Assembly: GCA_025786725.1 (NCBI GenBank)
Contig: JAHLTZ010000027.1
Location: 186,001-250,000, forward strand
Source: Syncephalis fuscata S228
Lineage: Eukaryota; Fungi; Zoopagomycota
Length of the DNA: 64,000 bases
Direction: 5' to 3'
In this document: positions 57,093 to 64,000 of the stretch, one piece after another
Layout of the letters: each line of letters starts with the position of its first letter
How positions within the stretch are numbered: the first letter of the stretch is position 1
Translations under genes and position numbers: made by a program
Notes under the pieces: generated by a model
Seen by the model: the letters and a program-made list of their open reading frames with translations, nothing else
Told to the model about the DNA's origin: nothing
Database searches by the model: none

Positions 57093-58642
57093 ATGTCAGC
57101 GCAAAATACCAAAACATTGTCAAAAATATGGCAGGTTGTCGATATAGTTCATCATATATCGCTATTAAGCGAACCAGCTGCTACGCTTGCATTGGCATGC
57201 ACTTGTAAAGCATTGTATAATACTATCACCGAATGTAACAGCTTTTGGCACAAAATGTATGAGCAGAACTTTCCTTGTAATATCAACACAGATATTGACT
57301 GGTTAGAATGGCAATTAGAACAAGAACAAAGGGCGGCGACCATCACAATAACCGATGCTGGAAACGAAACTGCAACAAGGTTTACTTGGTTTCAGCGATA
57401 CAATCAGCGGGTTAACATGGGCTTGAACTGGCAAGCAAACAAGTCAACATCGACAGTTCAGCTAGATTTTCCTATAATAGATAAATTAGTAAAACTTCAA
57501 GATGATAACAAATCGCTTATGGCAACTTATCCTGGCTGGCTTGCAGTATTAGATTGTATAAGTTACCGAATTAATTTGGTTAAATTATTGCCAAAGAATA
57601 CGGTTAAGATTGCTCAGTTGGATTTGAAAAGAAATAAGTTGATTACAGTAAAAAGCATAACATTTTATCGACTTCAAGAACAAGTAAATGGTATTGATGA
57701 GAGAATGCGTTTAATTGTACATTTAACTGATCCTAACGTGCTTGAATTATGGAATACAAATAGCTGTGAACTGCTGCAATCTATCGAGCTTGATGTTGAA
57801 TGGGACGGTAGAATTATAGGCGCATCTTTGTTGTTCTCCAAATCGCATGGCTATCGTGACGACCGACTATTCTATAGCAATTTTTCAAAGTCACATTTAT
57901 GCGAGCCTCAATCTTTTAAGGCCTCAGGCATTGGCTACGAGAAGGATTGTAGCATACATACGGCGAACAATAACGAGATGATTCTTTTGCGATACTCTAC
58001 CCACAATGGTATGATCTACTATAAAATAATTCGCGTTTTATTATTCCCAATACCAACTTAATACTGAACGAGCACAACAGGACGCAATCGACTGAGATTA
58101 TTTCAGGATATCTGTCCTTTGACCATTCAACCGTAGGTCAATTAAGAGTTTATTCAATCGATTACGATCGTATATTATTTTGCTACAACATTTGGCAAAA
58201 CGATACATCACCAAATGACGATATAAATACTTGGAAACGCTATATTAAAGTAATTTCTATAAGCGAAGAAGATATTCTTGAACGTGAATATACAGCAAAT
58301 GGGGTGGAAAATTTGATCTTAATCTCGACATATAACTTGATTATATTTTATCCACATAATTACGCATCGTTTACGGTTATTTCATTGTTAAATGGAGAGA
58401 TTCGGCATCGCATTAATACAAATGGCCTAAACTCATTCGAGTGTTTTCAGCATCTTATGGATACAAAAATTGTCGGATGTAGTTATGCCACTCAACAATA
58501 CTGTGTTATCGATGCTGTAACAGGTAGCATTAACATCCATCCATTTTCAATACCAACAGTACACAAGTGTATATTTACATTTGGTCATATGGTGTTGGTA
58601 AATATGGAAACAACATTTATTACAAGTTTTGTGCCTGAATAA
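57093..58642 (+). CDS. F-box-like protein, tandem copy 1 (one frameshift at about 58050)
   Basis: IWQVVDIVHHI..LALACTCKALY..NSFWHKMY..FP; beta-rich body; C-terminal TSFVPE. Confidence 0.72.
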
Positions 58643-58815
58643 TTTAAACTTTTAAATAAAATAAATTTATATTACTATACAATGGAATAATTGTAAGTGA
58701 TGGAATATCTAATATATATATGCATTCTATCTGCGGTTCGCCATGCTATTTATTTAGTTCAAAGGCCTTTTTCGCTGCAAGTAGCTACTCTGTTTGCTCA
58801 GCTTTTATTTTCATC

Positions 58816-60385
58816 ATGTTAACACAGAATAACAACACATTGCCAAAGATGTGGCAGATTGTTGAGCTAGTGCATCATATATCCCTGTTAAGCGGACCAA
58901 CTGCCACGCTTGTTTTGGCACGCACTTGTAAAATATTGTATAGCTCTATTATGAGTGATAGTCTTTGGCACAAAATGTACATACAAACATTTCCTTGTGA
59001 TATCAATACAGACATTAACTGGCTACAGTGGCAAGTAGAGCAAGAGCAACAAGTAGCTAAGACAGTAGCTAATGTGGAAAACGAAGCTGCAACAAAATCA
59101 GCATGGTTTCAGCTATACATTCAACGTATTAATACAGGTTTAAATTGGCAAAAAAAACAAGCCAACATCAATGGTTCATCTAAAACCTTTTAGTATATCC
59201 AAAATAAAAGAATTAACAAGATCGAGACATTCAATTATCATAAGTTGTCCTGGCTGGTTTGCAATAGCGGCTCGTCTGGATTTGCAAGTCGATTTGATCA
59301 AATTTTCACCAAAAAATATAGTCAAGACTTATTCATTAAAGCTGGATAAAGCCCGTTTTAGAATGATAAAAGACATGAAATTTTATCAACATCAACAACA
59401 AGCAAATGACATGGATAAAGATATGCGTGTGATTCTACAGTTAGGATATAGTGGAAAATTATTAACTGCACTTCAAATATGGAATGTTAATAGTTGCCAA
59501 CTGCTGCACTCTATCGACATTAATGGCGAATGGAATGGCATAATTGTAAACACGTCTTTTTTATTTCTTAGGATTAGAAGCGCTAATTGCATTCAAATAC
59601 TCTATAGTAGACTTTCAAAGTCGCAGTTATATCAGCCTCAGCAATTTAATATTCCAAAAATAAGCAGCAGTGATATATTTAGCATACATGCAGCAAATAA
59701 CAAAGAAATAATATTTTTACAACACGCTACTTGTGAAAAAAGCTTTTTGTATAAAATAACACGCATGCTATTAAATCAAAACACCAACTCAATAACTACT
59801 GGTTACAACACACCACAAATGACTGAAATTACCTCAGGTGATTTAACTTTACCTGATCAGTCATTGACACGATGGTTAAACGCTTATTCAATTGATTGTG
59901 ATCGGATATTGTTTTACGGTAACTTTCGTTTAGCTAAGAGTACTTCAAGTGTTTATACACAAGATTGGCAACATCGCATTAAAGTACTATCCCTAAGCAA
60001 AGGAGTCATCTTTGAATGCGGTTATCCAGAAAATGCGTTTGGAGATTTACTTTTAATTCCAGGACATAACTTGGCCATATTATACACATTTAGTACCTCA
60101 CCATTAACCGTTATTTCCTTATTAAATGGAGAAATTCAACACCAAATCAATATAACTGTATTACGCACGCCACTTTGCAGTTTTCAGCATTTCATTGATA
60201 CAAAAATAATCAATTATAACTATAAATTTAATCAATTTTATACTATTGATGTTGTAACAGGTGATGTGAACGTGCATTCGTTTCCAATATCGGAGGCAAA
60301 ATATTGCAGAGCTATATCCGGGCATATGGTAATGATAAATGAAGAGACAACATTTGTTACAAGTTTTGTACCTGAATTGCTTTAA
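58816..60385 (+). CDS. F-box-like protein, tandem copy 2 (frameshift in A-run at about 59155)
   Basis: Collinear paralog of copy 1; ORFs 58720-59193 and 59171-60385. Confidence 0.72.
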
Positions 60386-60898
60386 ATTTATTAAATAATC
60401 ACTTATTGGCTATCATTAGAATAATAATAACAATAAATTGAACAGTGATTTTATAATTATGTAAAGTGCTAGCATTAATGTAATAAATGTAATGAAAATA
60501 ATAATAAATAAAAGTCTACGCTACAATTAAATATAGCATAAAATATACTAAAATTTAACACAGTATAGAACATGGAATGGTGTTATGCAAACTAAAGTAA
60601 GTAAATAAATATTGAATTGAATTAAAATGCGCTATAAATTCAAATCATTCTACAGAAAGTAATTGTTAACGTTAGAATATCTAATTTTGTTCTATTTGCT
60701 GTTCAACGCATTATTATACTTAGTTTAAAGGCTTGTAGCAGAATTAGTATTCCCTACACATAAAATATCAGGTGCTTGAAAATGGAGGGATGGTTACACT
60801 TGTCTTACTCGTATTTTTTTGTTTTAATTAAACAAGTTTATTCCACAGGCCTCTTCCGTTACAAGTGAATACTTTTTTTGCTCAGTTTTATTTTTGTC

Positions 60899-62496
60899 AT
60901 GTCGATACAAAATAATAGCACATTGCCAAAGATATGGCTAGTTATTGAGATAGCTCATCATATAGCACAGTTTAGTAGAATAAATGACAAAATAGCTTTG
61001 GCATGCACTTGCAAAGTACTTTATGCTTTTATTATCACCCGTAATAGCTTTTGGCGGAAACTGTATCGGCAACATTTTCCTCATGATATCAATACCGATA
61101 TTGACTGGTTACAATGGCAGCTAAAACAAGAACCAATGATAGCAGAAGCCGCAACGGATGTGGAACATAAAACTATATCAGGATCGACTTGGCTTCGGTT
61201 GTATAGGCAGCGTATCAACATGGGTATAAATTGGCAAAAGAATAGGCCAACATCAACAGTCCATATAAAGTCAAATATGGTAGATGAACTGTTAAGATCA
61301 GGTAATGGCCATAACATGATTATCGCGACCTATCCTGGCTGGATTGCAATAGCAAATCGTGATAATCTCTCTGTTAGTTTGATTAAACTTTTGACAAGGA
61401 ATACGACCAAAATTTATCCGCTAAATTTGGATAAACACCGCTTTAACACGATAAAAAATATAACATTTTATCAATACCGGCAACAAGTAGATGGGAGCGA
61501 TGAAGGTATACGTGTAGCTATATGTTTAAGCTATTTTGAAAGCTTCTTTGGTGTACTTCAGATATGGAACCCAAATAATTGCCAACTGCTACATTCTATC
61601 GATGTTGATGGTAGCTGGGACGGTAGAATTATAGGTGCATCTTTAGTGCTTCCCAGCTCACAAGTTATTAATCCATATAGCAATTCACAATCACCTTGCA
61701 ATACGCGACTAGTCTATAACATTGGTTCAACAGCACAATCGTGTGGACTTCAATCCATTATTCTTTCACATGCCGGCGACTCTTATAAGTACAAAATACA
61801 TATGACGAACAATAAGGAAGCCATTCTTGTACGATATTGCACTAGCAAATACAAGCTTGATTATCAAATAGTACGCGTACCATTGACGCCTAGTACAGAT
61901 CTAGCAGTGATTGGCGATAATATGGCACAAATGACTACAATTGTATCGGATCATATAAGGCTTTTCAATAATACGAAACATTGGGCTTCAGAAATTCATT
62001 CAATTGACAGCGATCGCATACTAGTTCATTGCAGCACTTCCCAACTCGAGGAGACACCGAATGGCATGGTAGATAGTAATCAGTGCTACATTCAAGTGAT
62101 CTCTTTAAGCAAAGGCATCATTCTTGACTTCAACCATCCAGTAAAGTTCATGCAACATTCGATTTTAATTCCAGCATATAACTTGGCCGTATTCTATCCG
62201 TGTGGCAAATCATCACTAGCTGTTATGTCATTATTGAATGGAGAAATTTTACGTGACATCTACTTGAAAAAACCACTCACGCGTCTTCTTTCCTTCAGCA
62301 TCTTGTTGACACGAAAATTGTCAGTCATGATCATAACACTGGGCAGTACTGTATTATTGATGTTTTAACAGGTGATGTAGACATTTATAAATTCCCAGTA
62401 TCAGAAATGCAACATTATAGATTTACATTTGGTCACATGCTATTGACGGATAATGATACAGCGCATATTGCAAGTTTTGTACCTGAATTGGATTAA
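60899..62496 (+). CDS. F-box-like protein, tandem copy 3 (frameshift at about 62270-62295)
   Basis: Collinear paralog; the alternative frame ends FGHMLL...ASFVPELD. Confidence 0.72.
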
Positions 62497-62782
62497 ATTT
62501 ATTACATAATTACAATAAAATATCATAATGATATTGGGTATATGGTATAAATCATATGAAATAAAGCATTGCCAATGAAATAATGAATGTAATAGAAAGA
62601 AAACATTATAACATATTAATGATAGATGTAATTATAAAAAATAGCAATTCAATACATTTTTAGAGTAGAATAGCAACATTTGCATGTTAAAATATGTAAA
62701 TAAATAAAACTACTATTAACTTTATTAATTCTTATTATTATGCTTTCATAAGTAGTATATAGTCTACAGCTTATTGATGCTA

Positions 62783-64000
62783 TTATTGCTGTTGTCGTTG
62801 TCGTCGCTTTCGAAGTGACCACCCCAAACCGATAGCACACAGACAACTAACTATTGTAAAATAAAAAGTATCGCGATAGCAGTAATGGCCAATGCATCCA
62901 CCAGGCTGTTCGGTACGTGCATCAAATAGAGCACCAAACATTAAATTAAATAGCTGTCCTCCTACGCCAGTTGCACACGACATCCATCCCCTATGCCATA
63001 AATAACCATGATTGGTATAAGCTATTTCTGCTATACTGCTCTAGTAACTTACCAGTTGCGTCCAAATGTAGATAGACCCCAGTATTCGCTAGTAATGGCG
63101 GTAAAAAGCGTAAAGAGTGCACCATAAGCACTGCCTATAACTAAAGTCACAACAAGCAGCCCCGATGGCGTTGATACAGTGAGTGCCATCAATTGCGCCA
63201 CCATCATTATAATACCCGTGGCTATAATAAATGACAATCGACGAATATTATAATTGCGCTTAGCGTAGTCTGATAATGCTCCAGCAATTAATCGTGCAGA
63301 AAAACTGGCTAAACTAATAAGTGCAACATGCATGCTAGCCGCTAGTTGTAGCTCTCGTTCAGATGGTGGCAGCTTGGCTGGACTGTCAAGCAGCAGTTGA
63401 CGTATTATACCACCAACATTTGTGATATACATAAGACCGGTGCCAGTTAGAATACCCATCATGGACCATAGCTGCCAAAAGTTTCTATCTTGAAATAATG
63501 CATGCATCGAAAGATCATCTGTATCAATAACATGGCAATTATCTGACGAAGAGAGTGCATTATACGCGCTTGACGCATTCAAAAGCAATGGTGCATCGCT
63601 GCTAGCTCGAGGACGATTAGGAAAATGCATACGTTCATGTGTGTCAATAATAGATACAGGCGTTAAAGGCGAATTAGGCGTAGAATGTCCACCACCGCTT
63701 CTTCAGCTTCAGCTATTGGCCCATAATCAAATGGCACTATCTTCAAATTCCATAAAGAAATTAGATTGATACCGCTGCACAGAATTGACAGCATCTTTAG
63801 AAAGCCTAACGTATCAGTTTCACCGCCTTTTTCAACACCATTCTCGATAGAAGAGGGCGCAACAAACCACCAACTATTAATAAACGATAACACGAGAGCA
63901 GATAGGCCAAAAAAACTAATGGGCAAACCAAGCATGCTACCTCGTAAATCGGGTGGAAAGTTACGCGCGGTCGTAGATAGTGCGGCCATACATGCCGATG
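62783..64000 (-). CDS. Second Mch1/nodulin-like MFS transporter (5' end outside the window)
   Basis: TARNFPPDLRGSMLG, GTGLMYITNVG, EYWGLSTFGRNW|GWM, CIGHYCYR. Intron at about 62991-63051; indel at about 63680. Confidence 0.88.

Noticed and set aside
59145-59165. Programmed ribosomal frameshift in the F-box copies
   Set aside because: The breaks are at different positions in each paralog and match the window-wide indel error pattern.

Overview
Eukaryotic, AT-rich, gene-dense fungal DNA with very short introns (about 40-90 nt, GT/GC-AG, CTAAY branch points). It most resembles an early-diverging fungus such as Zoopagomycota or a Syncephalis-like mycoparasite; that assignment is inference. About 25 genes are present. 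Recognisable genes: two MUP1/LAT-type amino-acid permeases, SEC63, MCM-binding protein, a secreted GDPD, a LaeA-like methyltransferase, NIF3, TUG/UBX, two Mch1-like MFS transporters, gamma-tubulin, NCS6/CTU1, PCT1, TyrRS, APC7, a LIM-C1-RhoGAP, an Mtf2-like protein and a tandem trio of intronless F-box-like genes. The most unusual items are (1) a predicted membrane-anchored, highly divergent eIF4E-fold protein lacking the cap-binding residues (about 42968-45217), (2) a laminin-EGF ectodomain spliced to an XK-like multipass membrane domain (about 19329-21684), (3) a degenerate secreted kinase-like relic, (4) a MITE-like inverted-repeat family, (5) two adjacent foldback hairpins, and (6) several GC-AG introns. 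Single-base frameshifts also occur in essential genes (gamma-tubulin, SEC63, PCT1), so the assembly probably carries indel errors. Frameshifts should not be read as pseudogenisation without checking reads.
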